A DNA stretch of 64,000 nucleotides from Oligoflexia bacterium. GTDB taxonomy: Bacteria; Bdellovibrionota; UBA1018. Positions 16,291 through 24,950 of this stretch are shown piece by piece. Position numbers and translations under genes: made by a program. The notes under the pieces are model-generated. The model made no database searches and was not told the DNA's origin. It worked only from the letters and a program-made list of their open reading frames with translations. The stretch is from contig CAIRTR010000232.1 of assembly GCA_903881565.1 (NCBI GenBank), forward strand, positions 31,796-95,795, read 5' to 3'. Position 1 is the stretch's first letter. Each line of letters starts with the position of its first letter.

Positions 16291-18324
16291 ATGGCAAAAA
16301 TGAACCCTTCTCCGCTCCTCGGACTTATCATCGTATCGATGGCGGTATCAATGACCGCGTCTCTCACCGGGTCTAATGCCATAGCGGGAAATCGCCTCAC
16401 GGCAACCGATCAATTACAAAGAATTGCTAAGCCCGTAAGAGTTGGGAGCTGTTGGAAAGTCGGCGAAACACTCACTTGCGATGATCAACCGAAAACCATC
16501 GCACGCTTTGCTCACGAAAACGCCGCCGGAAAAGCACTTTCAGCGAAGTCGACAAAGAAGGTGTTGGTTTTGGTTGATCCCGCTCTTTTGAATGACGACA
16601 GTCACTGGTATTATTTTGAGAAGTTTGTCTGCCAGCTCCAAGACCGAGATGATTGCTCCGACCTTAAGAAACAATTGCGAACCCAAATTGATCAATACGT
16701 CACGGATCTGAGCAACGAAGGGATTCAGGCCTATAGACTTGATGTGGTGGCCTCAGATCCTGCTTACAAAGATCCTCAAGCGTTGAGAAACCTAATTCAC
16801 GCCTATTATAACGCTTATTCAATCGAAGGGGTCGTCCTCATCGGCAAGTTTCCCTATACGGTCGTTGTTGAGAGTTTTTGCAAAAAGGTTACCGCCTCCT
16901 CCGGCCGAACCCGATGTGTTAAGTTAGGCGATCCGATGATCTATTATACTGATACTATCTTAGGGGACATGGACGGAAACTGGGACAAGGTGTTTCACTC
17001 CGGTTCAACTGATTTTATGAGCGGGTATCAAAAAGTTTCTTTATCAAACTATTACGAAGTAAATGATGCTGAAAAATTTGGTAAAGAGTTAGCCGAGCAA
17101 GACCCGTATTTCGCCTCACCCGAAATCTGGGTCTCTCGAATCGACGCCGAAAGAGCAATCGGAGGATCATCGTTCTCGCAGAAAACAGGCGCTATTGCTG
17201 ACGAAACCTTTGTGACCGTTTATCTTGAAAAAGGAGTAGCGTATCGGCTGTTTGTTTCGAATGCGGAAAATATGGCGAGCCAAGCTTTAACCGAGGAACA
17301 ACTCCCCCTGATTCAATCACTCCACGACGCGGAGACGAACGTTCAAGTTGGCACTCTTCCCCATTTTGGAACCTCCGTTTTAACGGTGGTCAATAAGAGC
17401 GGACCTTATCAAGTGATGTTGGATGTTTCGGAGGCTCGGGGGCGTTTTGTTAAATTTGGTTCGGTACAAAAAAAGCCCTCTCTTAAAATCCAAAAGATCA
17501 CTCCTAAAAACATGAATCTTGATACGATTGTGCCTGATCAAATCATACCTATCACCACCAAAGTCAATGTGTCGGCGCCTTCATCCCCTTCAAAGGAGTT
17601 GACCCTGTATTCGAGATACTTCACCCGCAATCACGCGTTTCGGACCGGCAAGTGGAATCCGATTTCTAATATGATTCGGTTCTTTGATGGCGAATTTTTT
17701 GATTTACATCCAGATCAATTGGAGACGATTGCGAGCGCTGGGGTCACGCAGATGCCGACTGCGGCTTCGTTTAATCAGGATGTTTTCTTAAGCCAGCTCT
17801 TTGGCTTAAAAGGATATGACAAAGCGGGGATTCCGGTTTTTGGTAAAACTTATAAATATGGATCTCTCATGATTCACTCGTGGGAGGGAGGGCATGCTTT
17901 CCACGATAAACCAGAGGGAAGTGAAAACCAAACGGTTAGCATGAGCACGCTGATTCAACTGAGCGAGGAAAACACGCCTGCGAATATTCTATTTTTCATC
18001 AATCACGGTTGTATTAATTCGAACATTGACCCGTTTTTCGGATACCCCGATACCGGTTCGGTCTATCTTTTTCGATTCGGCGGATTGGTTCACTTTGGCT
18101 TAGCCTCGCTGGGTGGGAACGGTTTTTATCAAAAAGTTCCCGAGACCTTTTCCAAGGGTGGAGACGCGGGCACGGGATATCTCAATTCGGTACGCATGCA
18201 GGAGGCTTTCATTACAGAGAGCATTAAGAAGAATGGCGACAATGACCAACTCTTTAAGAAACGCTCATATTTCACGGTTCTGCTTGGCGATGGGACACTC
18301 TTGAGCGACTACGGGAGCAAGTGA
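16291..18324 (+). CDS. Large secreted hypothetical protein (about 678 aa)
   Basis: The likely start is MAKMNPSPLLGLIIVSMAVSMTASL (signal peptide) at 16291; the ORF-track start (GTG at 16108) lacks signal-peptide character. It contains HSWEGGHAFHD and FFINHGCINSN segments that might be a His/Cys dyad, which is speculative. Confidence 0.65.
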   Translation: MAKMNPSPLLGLIIVSMAVSMTASLTGSNAIAGNRLTATDQLQRIAKPVRVGSCWKVGETLTCDDQPKTIARFAHENAAGKALSAKSTKKVLVLVDPALLNDDSHWYYFEKFVCQLQDRDDCSDLKKQLRTQIDQYVTDLSNEGIQAYRLDVVASDPAYKDPQALRNLIHAYYNAYSIEGVVLIGKFPYTVVVESFCKKVTASSGRTRCVKLGDPMIYYTDTILGDMDGNWDKVFHSGSTDFMSGYQKVSLSNYYEVNDAEKFGKELAEQDPYFASPEIWVSRIDAERAIGGSSFSQKTGAIADETFVTVYLEKGVAYRLFVSNAENMASQALTEEQLPLIQSLHDAETNVQVGTLPHFGTSVLTVVNKSGPYQVMLDVSEARGRFVKFGSVQKKPSLKIQKITPKNMNLDTIVPDQIIPITTKVNVSAPSSPSKELTLYSRYFTRNHAFRTGKWNPISNMIRFFDGEFFDLHPDQLETIASAGVTQMPTAASFNQDVFLSQLFGLKGYDKAGIPVFGKTYKYGSLMIHSWEGGHAFHDKPEGSENQTVSMSTLIQLSEENTPANILFFINHGCINSNIDPFFGYPDTGSVYLFRFGGLVHFGLASLGGNGFYQKVPETFSKGGDAGTGYLNSVRMQEAFITESIKKNGDNDQLFKKRSYFTVLLGDGTLLSDYGSK

Positions 18325-18355
18325 GATTGAGCTGTTTCCTTAAATAGGAAGCTCG

Positions 18356-18392
18356 TGCCTTCAACCCCCCACCCTTGAGGCCTCAAGCTTCC
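18356..18392. repeat. Second copy (inverted orientation) of the GAGGCCTCAAG / G-run hairpin element, including the perfect palindrome CTTGAGGCCTCAAG
   Basis: caaccccccacccttgaggcctcaagcttcc is the near-exact reverse complement of 11189-11216, again about 30 nt after a gene stop. Confidence 0.5.
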
Positions 18393-18662
18393 TCATTGCG
18401 GAAATTCGAAGAATCCGCGTTACCGATTATCCCTCTTCCCAACGCTCCACTACACCCCTCCCCCCCGCTCACCTGCTCTGCGTCTGTAAACTCCTTGGAC
18501 ACCTCGATCAATATTCCTGTAAAAAGCCCGCAAAAAACCCTCGCTAACCTACCGTAACCGTTGGGGTCGATTTAGCGCATGCACAAAAACCCCTCGAAAA
18601 CTCGATGGCACGAGACTTGGATAAGCACGATGCGGTCGCAGTAGTATCGACCAGAGGAACTT

Positions 18663-19232
18663 ATGGCAAATGTAGTTACAAAAGAAACAGTCGTTAGAAA
18701 AGTGAAACACCTGGCAACGATTCTGGGGCTCGCCACCTTGGCGCTTTCGCTCACAAGTTGTGGACCTGTCGCACCGAGTGTGGACAAGTCCCAGTTCCTG
18801 GCTTCGCAAAGCGCGACTTCAGGTCCTCAAGTCAACAGTGACCTGTTCTCGATTCAAGTGCTACCGGTCAAGACTCAGGTTCTCAACATGGAAAACACCG
18901 CAGGCGCCCTTAAAGACACGACTGACATTATCAAAGTCGTAAACTTCTCCAAGAACGCCACTTCAGGCGGCTTAAGTGATTTTTCAAACTCCGGAAAAAT
19001 GAGCTTCGAACTCTCCTTTGATGGACTCCCTGCAAAGCAGGTCGTGGCAATCATCAAGACCAACAAAAGTTCCAGTGAAATTTCGTCGTTAGGCTTCGAC
19101 GCTGCTCGCCTCTCCCTTAAACAAACCGGCGAAACAAAGTGGAGCTTGTCGCTCGCCGCAGGCACTGCAGCAGAACTTGCAACAGCTATCCAAACAGAAG
19201 CCGTTGAGATCACCTTAGCGTTCACTCGTTAA
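18663..19232 (+). CDS. Lipoprotein, hypothetical
   Basis: Signal peptide with lipobox ...LALSLTSC-G. SD GAGGA lies 6 nt before ATG. Confidence 0.7.
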   Translation: MANVVTKETVVRKVKHLATILGLATLALSLTSCGPVAPSVDKSQFLASQSATSGPQVNSDLFSIQVLPVKTQVLNMENTAGALKDTTDIIKVVNFSKNATSGGLSDFSNSGKMSFELSFDGLPAKQVVAIIKTNKSSSEISSLGFDAARLSLKQTGETKWSLSLAAGTAAELATAIQTEAVEITLAFTR

Positions 19233-20147
19233 TTAAAGGCTTCGCCCCCTCAAGAGATCCTTGACCACGCCATACATGACTTCAGGTAAGGACTCCAGAT
19301 GCGGAACTTCCCGCATTACGCCTTTGCCTTTTTGCGCAAGCTCTCGACACAGCTCATAGCTTGAGCGCTCTTTACCCATTTTTAAGACTACAAGGTGCGG
19401 AAACCGGTGTGCAAGATACGCAGGATCTCTCCCTGCGGTGTATTTGCCATCAGACAAAAGGACGGTAGAGGGTGGCTTCCGCGCCGCCCCTCGAATGCGA
19501 CGTCCCTTACCGCCTGATTGAATCAATCCAAGCGCGCACTTCATCCCCTCTTCAAGATGTGTGTAGCCTTGCGCCGGAACATCCAAGAATCTCTCAACCA
19601 ACTGCTGAATCGTGATTCGCTCATCAGGGCGCTTCAAAACTTGCGCTTCGTTTTCAAAGGCCACGACTCCGATGGGATCCTCTGGGAACTGTAACAAGAC
19701 CACCGCAACCGCCACCGCGGTCAGCGCCAGTTTCTCACCCGTCATCGAAAGACTTGTATCCACGCACAAAATCACAGACTGCGGCCGGTGCTCTGGATAG
19801 GTCATCCAGATTTTATCGGCCGAAGCTATGCCTTTGCCCGCAATATCGGGTGAATCCTCAAGGGTCATTTCGAGTTCGATCTCGGCTCGGTCTGCATGGG
19901 CGCCTAAGTCACTCAGCAGTTCCGTTTTCTGCTCCTCCGGATGAACCACCGAACCCAGGATCTCTCTCGCGCGCGCGAGAATCGCATTCGCTGAAATCCG
20001 CCTCAAGCCCTTCGCGAGATTTTGAAGCGATGGCGTGTTCTTAAACTCATGGTAACGAGTGGCAATATCCCAGGCGCTCATCGCCTCAAGCGTTGGGTCA
20101 AGATCTGCAGGCGAAAAATCAGCTCCGGCCAACATCTCAGGCGACAA
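19233..20147 (-). CDS. von Willebrand factor A (VWA) domain protein
   Basis: The MIDAS motif ILCVDTSLSMTG (DxSxS) is present. It lies immediately downstream of a MoxR-type ATPase gene, the classic MoxR-VWA pairing. Confidence 0.8.
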   Translation of the reverse strand: MSPEMLAGADFSPADLDPTLEAMSAWDIATRYHEFKNTPSLQNLAKGLRRISANAILARAREILGSVVHPEEQKTELLSDLGAHADRAEIELEMTLEDSPDIAGKGIASADKIWMTYPEHRPQSVILCVDTSLSMTGEKLALTAVAVAVVLLQFPEDPIGVVAFENEAQVLKRPDERITIQQLVERFLDVPAQGYTHLEEGMKCALGLIQSGGKGRRIRGAARKPPSTVLLSDGKYTAGRDPAYLAHRFPHLVVLKMGKERSSYELCRELAQKGKGVMREVPHLESLPEVMYGVVKDLLRGRSL

Positions 20148-20218
20148 AAAGCGCGGTTCTTCGGGAGAACCGGTCGCCGCTTTATCCCAGAAAATGGATC
20201 TAAATTTACTGGAATCCG

Positions 20219-21142
20219 TTAGCGCTTTTTTTTTTGATTGCTCGGCTCAGCACTCATTGGCCCCGAAAGCACCTTTTGAATCGCTTCGCGCAAGAAATCC
20301 TCAAACTCATTTTTTGAATTTTCGGCTGCTTCGGCATTAGGCTCAAATTCAATTCGATTTGGGAGAGCTAAAAGAGCGGCCTCAAAAAAGGATTCCTCAA
20401 AAGCACCTGCTTTTTGGAGCAGGACCACCCATAACTCCGCCACCGCCAAGGCCGCCCTTACCGAGCCTCCTCGACGAACCAGGGGATGCCCTCGAGTCAA
20501 ACGTACTAAATCCACCGCGTGACCAATGATCTTTTCTTTGATCTGAGCCGCGACCTTCTTTGCGCCGGGTTGCCTTGCGAGGTTTGCGCGCACAATCTCA
20601 CGCTCGTCATCTGAGGTCTGGTAGTCGAGCACCACCAACTCAAAACGATCCATGATCGCTTCGCTCAGATGCGAGGTAGCCACAAACTCTTTTGGATTTT
20701 GGGTTGCGACCACCAAAAAACCTGGCTTCGCCCGCACTTCGCCAAAACGAGGAACCACCACAAGTCGCTCATCCACGGCGGGCAGAAGAATGTTCTGCAC
20801 CCCTTCAGGGAGGCGATTGAGTTCATTAATAAAGAGCACGCCGCCCGCCTTCATCGCTTCGACAAGAGGGCCCGGGATAAAGGCCTCTTTTGAAAACCCC
20901 TTCTTCACGACCAGTGGAGGATCGAACCAACCCGAAAGCTTATGCTCCGAATAGCGCGCGTCCCCATCAATCCGAAAAACAGGAACTCCCAGCTCGTGAC
21001 AGACTGCAAGCGCCAGATGCGTTTTACCTACGCCTACAGGTCCTTCAATAAGGACGTTGCGACCCGCCTCAAGACACGCGCGAACGCGTCTGAGTTCTGC
21101 TTCGCGTCCAATGAGCTCTGGGATTGCCCGAGTGGGTTTCAT
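20219..21142 (-). CDS. MoxR-family AAA+ ATPase
   Basis: Walker A GPVGVGKTH, Walker B VLFINELNR, and the typical MoxR length of 307 aa. Its start overlaps the kamE stop (ATGA). Confidence 0.9.
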   Translation of the reverse strand: MKPTRAIPELIGREAELRRVRACLEAGRNVLIEGPVGVGKTHLALAVCHELGVPVFRIDGDARYSEHKLSGWFDPPLVVKKGFSKEAFIPGPLVEAMKAGGVLFINELNRLPEGVQNILLPAVDERLVVVPRFGEVRAKPGFLVVATQNPKEFVATSHLSEAIMDRFELVVLDYQTSDDEREIVRANLARQPGAKKVAAQIKEKIIGHAVDLVRLTRGHPLVRRGGSVRAALAVAELWVVLLQKAGAFEESFFEAALLALPNRIEFEPNAEAAENSKNEFEDFLREAIQKVLSGPMSAEPSNQKKKR

Positions 21143-21960
21143 TTAGTTTTGCCCTTTTTCTTGGCGGCGGGCTTCTTCGCCTTGGCCTTCACGGGTTTTT
21201 CCTTACGCCTTAACAGCTCATCCAAAATATAGCCCGCAACTTCAGAGGGCTTCGTGCCGACCCCAAAACCTGCGTCGAAGCCACACTCCAGCGCCATGGG
21301 ATGCGTGAGTCGTGGCCCCCCCGAGACAAATATCATCTTATCGCGCAAGCCCGCCTTCTCCGCGCGCTTAATAAGATCCTTCAAATCACGAATGTGAATA
21401 TTATGTTGGGTTACAACTTTAGAAACCAAAATCGCGTCGGCCCCTTCGCGCTCCGCGATTTTGAGAAGCTCCTCATTGGGAACTTGCGCTCCTAGGTTCT
21501 TGGCATCAATCCATTGATAGCGCTCAAGGCCGTAATCGCCTGCAAAACCCTTCATGTTAATAATAGCGTCAATGCCCACGGTGTGGGCATCATAACCGGT
21601 ACAGGCGCCAAAGACTTTGAGCTTGCGGCCAATTTTGGTGCGAATCTCTTCATCGATTTCGTCGCGTCCCCGTTTTTTGGAGTCAACTTTAAGAACCTTG
21701 ATCTGCGTAAAATCGATGGTGTGCTTGAGGTTTCCGTAAACCACAAAGAACGCAAAACCCTCGCCCGCCTTTTCCATCGTGGCGACCTTGATTTGTTCAT
21801 AGCCCATTTTCTGAACGAGCAGGACCGCAGCTTCGCGCGCTTCGGGAGAAGGCTCCACGGGGAGTGTGAAGGCTAGTTGGACGGTTCCATCCCCTTGGAT
21901 ATCGCCGTAGGGCTTTAGTTTCTTGAGGTCAGGTTTCGCAGTTTTGGATAATGTTGCCAT
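21139..21960 (-). CDS. kamE: Lysine 5,6-aminomutase beta subunit (cobalamin-binding)
   Basis: B12-binding DxHxxG motif GYDAHTVGID in a Rossmann-like domain. It is about 270 aa, as in KamE, and adjacent to the alpha subunit. Confidence 0.75.
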   Translation of the reverse strand: MATLSKTAKPDLKKLKPYGDIQGDGTVQLAFTLPVEPSPEAREAAVLLVQKMGYEQIKVATMEKAGEGFAFFVVYGNLKHTIDFTQIKVLKVDSKKRGRDEIDEEIRTKIGRKLKVFGACTGYDAHTVGIDAIINMKGFAGDYGLERYQWIDAKNLGAQVPNEELLKIAEREGADAILVSKVVTQHNIHIRDLKDLIKRAEKAGLRDKMIFVSGGPRLTHPMALECGFDAGFGVGTKPSEVAGYILDELLRRKEKPVKAKAKKPAAKKKGKTK

Positions 21961-21976
21961 TTCTATTTCCTATTTC

Positions 21977-23545
21977 CTAAAGCAGCTCAAAAAACGGATT
22001 AAGGTAACCCTTGTCCCGCTCGATCACTCCGTCATAGCCTTTTCCACCCGTTTCAGTCCGACTCACTTCGGCAAAAGCCCGCTCTTCAATTGCTTTGAGA
22101 AGGCCTTTAGCTTGAATCATTTCGAGGTGCGCCAAGGTGTCTGTGAGAACTTTTTGCGCCCACTCTGAAATCACCCCGTGAGGTTTGTACTCAATTTCTC
22201 GGCCCAGGTCTTTTGCACCATTGAAAATGTATTTGGCGTTCTTGATGCTCATCCAACGATCCTGCAGAAGGGGCGTGTGCATCGCCTCAGTCGGCATTCC
22301 TAAGAGTTGAATCGTTTGTCCGGTCAAGACCCCGACAAAATTGAACATGGCATCCATCAAGTGACTGTAAAAAATATCACCGCACTTAAATCGCGTCGGC
22401 GGCATGAACTTGATCGGGGCTTCAGGGAAAATGTCGCGAGTCATTTGCGCGCGCGCGATCTCCTTTAGAAATACGTTAGGATGCTCTGGATCCATCTCCT
22501 GCGCATGGCCTAAACCCATGAGATGAGGCTGCATGAGGGCATTGAGCGCGAAACGCTCATTGATAAATTGAGAGGCCAAAACCTGATGCCCATTTTCAAT
22601 CGCGTCCGCGGTGGTGAGGTAGTTGTCCTCGCCTGTGTGAATCACAATCTGGGAGAGCGCGATGATTCTTCTCGAAAAATGCTGGTCCACCAGCGTGCGC
22701 TTGGGATTGATATCCCGAAAGAGAATTCCGTACATGGCGTCGTTAAGCAGGAAATCCAGGCGCTCCAGCGCGCCCGCTGCCGCAATCTCCGGCATGCAAA
22801 GGCCTGAGCAATAGTTCGTGAGTCTCAGATAGCGACCCAGCTTCTGGCCTTCGTCATCTAAAGCCTCGCGCATGATTCTAAAATTGGCCTGCGTGGCATA
22901 GGTTCCGCCAAAACCCTCAGTTGTCGCTCCATGCGGTACATAATCCAATAGCGATTGAGCCGTGCTTCTGATGACCGCTATGGCATCGGCACCTGCTTGA
23001 GCTGCGGCCCGGGCTTGGACCACATCTTCATAAATGTTTCCGGTCGCAACGATGACATAAATCAAGGGACCATTTTTTCCGGTCGGATCAAAAGGGTCGT
23101 GAAGTTTTTTGCGAAGCGCATCTCGCTGTTCGCGGCGGGCAATTAAAGTTTCAACGCTCTTTTGCGCGAGCTCAATTGCTTTTGCGGCAACTTCTTTATC
23201 ACTCGCACGAGGCAGCGTGAGAAGATTGATCTTGCGATTCGCAACCACTGTCGCGAGCTCCGGGGCAGTCATCTTCTTTTGGATCATGCCGTTTACAAAC
23301 CAAGAGAGCACGCCTTTGCCCAAAGCCTTCTCTTTATGTAGATCTTCGACGATGACATTCACCTCGGGGAAAAACTGCCCCTGCGATTCACGAACAGCGC
23401 CCTCAACACCCAAAAGCCGCAACACTGCGCGCTCAATAGCGACTGTGGTGTTTTTTGCGATCATCCCAGAGATCGGAACCGCAATTCGCTCCGCCAGCTC
23501 TCGGCAGCGATCAATGAGTCCCGTATCAAGTTGAAGATGTGCCAT
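21977..23545 (-). CDS. kamD: Lysine 5,6-aminomutase alpha subunit (PLP-binding TIM barrel)
   Basis: 522 aa. Length, overall composition and position next to the B12-binding beta subunit and kdd fit KamD. Confidence 0.75.
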   Translation of the reverse strand: MAHLQLDTGLIDRCRELAERIAVPISGMIAKNTTVAIERAVLRLLGVEGAVRESQGQFFPEVNVIVEDLHKEKALGKGVLSWFVNGMIQKKMTAPELATVVANRKINLLTLPRASDKEVAAKAIELAQKSVETLIARREQRDALRKKLHDPFDPTGKNGPLIYVIVATGNIYEDVVQARAAAQAGADAIAVIRSTAQSLLDYVPHGATTEGFGGTYATQANFRIMREALDDEGQKLGRYLRLTNYCSGLCMPEIAAAGALERLDFLLNDAMYGILFRDINPKRTLVDQHFSRRIIALSQIVIHTGEDNYLTTADAIENGHQVLASQFINERFALNALMQPHLMGLGHAQEMDPEHPNVFLKEIARAQMTRDIFPEAPIKFMPPTRFKCGDIFYSHLMDAMFNFVGVLTGQTIQLLGMPTEAMHTPLLQDRWMSIKNAKYIFNGAKDLGREIEYKPHGVISEWAQKVLTDTLAHLEMIQAKGLLKAIEERAFAEVSRTETGGKGYDGVIERDKGYLNPFFELL

Positions 23546-23568
23546 AACAATTACCTTCCCAAAAAAGT

Positions 23569-24624
23569 CTAAGTGTACTGCTGCGTGAAGATTGCCTTAA
23601 GCTCTCGGTTTTCACGAACAAGATTTAAAGCCAGATCCGCGTGTCCCTCTGTGTAGCCATTGCCGATTCGCAGATCGACATCCGCGCCTACTCCTTCAGC
23701 GCCCAATGCTGCGCGCGTGAAGCTTGTGGCCATGCTAAAATAGTAGACGATCCCTTTTGGGCGACAGGAGAGCACGCACGACATCTCGGTTTCTGGAATG
23801 TTAGCGACGTTAATCACCACATCTCCCATATGCCCCCGAGTCGCGGACCAGACTTTTTCCATGACCTCTACTGCATTGCGAGCATCGGCTTGAATCACAT
23901 CGTCAACAAAGGAGAGTTCCTTGAGCCTGGCAATGGCCGCATCCGAATAGTCCACGGCAATTGTTCGCACGCCTGGTTTTCGCTTCGCTTCAGCCAGACA
24001 CAGAATTCCCGATTTTCCGCCGCCTCCGATCACGACCACGGTTTGATTCGCCTTCACCAACTGACGCGTTTGAGCAGGCGCACCGGCCACGTCCAAAATA
24101 GCGAGTGCAACCGTCTCCGGAAGATCGTCGGGAAGCTTTGCGAAAATCCCTGAGGCAAACAAAATGGCGTGTCCTTCGATATCGACACGATCAATCTTGG
24201 TGTGAATCTTTTTAATTTTTCGAATTTGAAGCGGCGTCAGCGATAGCGAAACGAGGGTGGCGATTCGATCGCCCACAGAGACGGGTTTTTCTTTAAGTGG
24301 AAAAGAGGGCCCGATTTGGGTCACGCGCCCGATGAGCATTCCTCCGGATCCCGTAACGGGATTGTGGTGCTTGCCTCTTTTGGCGACAAGTTCGAGAATA
24401 TGTTTTTCGATTTTGCCGGGATCGCCGCCGCAGGCTTCCGAAATTTGATGAAAACTTGCGGAATCAATGTTCAGGCTCTCCACCTCAATCAACAACTCGT
24501 CTTCAGCGATCGGGAGAGAGGGGTCTAGGGCATCGGCCTGCTGGGGCAAGAGGCTACGCTTTAGCCCTGGAGTCTGTATAACCCTTTGAATTCCTAATGG
24601 ATCTGCCTGTCTTAACTTTGTCAT
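23569..24624 (-). CDS. kdd: L-erythro-3,5-diaminohexanoate dehydrogenase-like NAD(P) oxidoreductase
   Basis: 351 aa with Rossmann motif VVVIGGGGKSGI. It is the first gene of the kamDE operon, as in lysine-fermentation clusters. Confidence 0.65.
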   Translation of the reverse strand: MTKLRQADPLGIQRVIQTPGLKRSLLPQQADALDPSLPIAEDELLIEVESLNIDSASFHQISEACGGDPGKIEKHILELVAKRGKHHNPVTGSGGMLIGRVTQIGPSFPLKEKPVSVGDRIATLVSLSLTPLQIRKIKKIHTKIDRVDIEGHAILFASGIFAKLPDDLPETVALAILDVAGAPAQTRQLVKANQTVVVIGGGGKSGILCLAEAKRKPGVRTIAVDYSDAAIARLKELSFVDDVIQADARNAVEVMEKVWSATRGHMGDVVINVANIPETEMSCVLSCRPKGIVYYFSMATSFTRAALGAEGVGADVDLRIGNGYTEGHADLALNLVRENRELKAIFTQQYT

Positions 24625-24950
24625 TTTCGGTCACCCGTCCCTTCGCGCGCTCGGTATTTTCACCTATATTATTGAGTATTATTGAGGACTTCCACTCTTC
24701 TTTTTGATTTCGCAGCTTGGCTCGGGTTTTTGCCCCGCGTAAATGCCTAATTTATTGACAGCTAATTGGAGGAATGACACCCCTTGCAGGTTTTTGAGAA
24801 ACCGGTATTAATTCAAGTGCTCGTAATTAAAGTGGTTTACACGTTACAGTGCGGTGCATTAAATTGGCCCACACCTTGCTCTTAATCCCATTGAGACCGG
24901 AACCTTGGAAGGTATCCCGGCTCATTTGAACCTCAGCCAAGAGGCTGAAG

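Noticed and set aside
24667-24688. Short direct repeat TATTATTGAG x2, considered as a CRISPR or iteron-like feature
   Set aside because: There are only two 10-nt units with no spacer/repeat periodicity, so it is not a CRISPR array.
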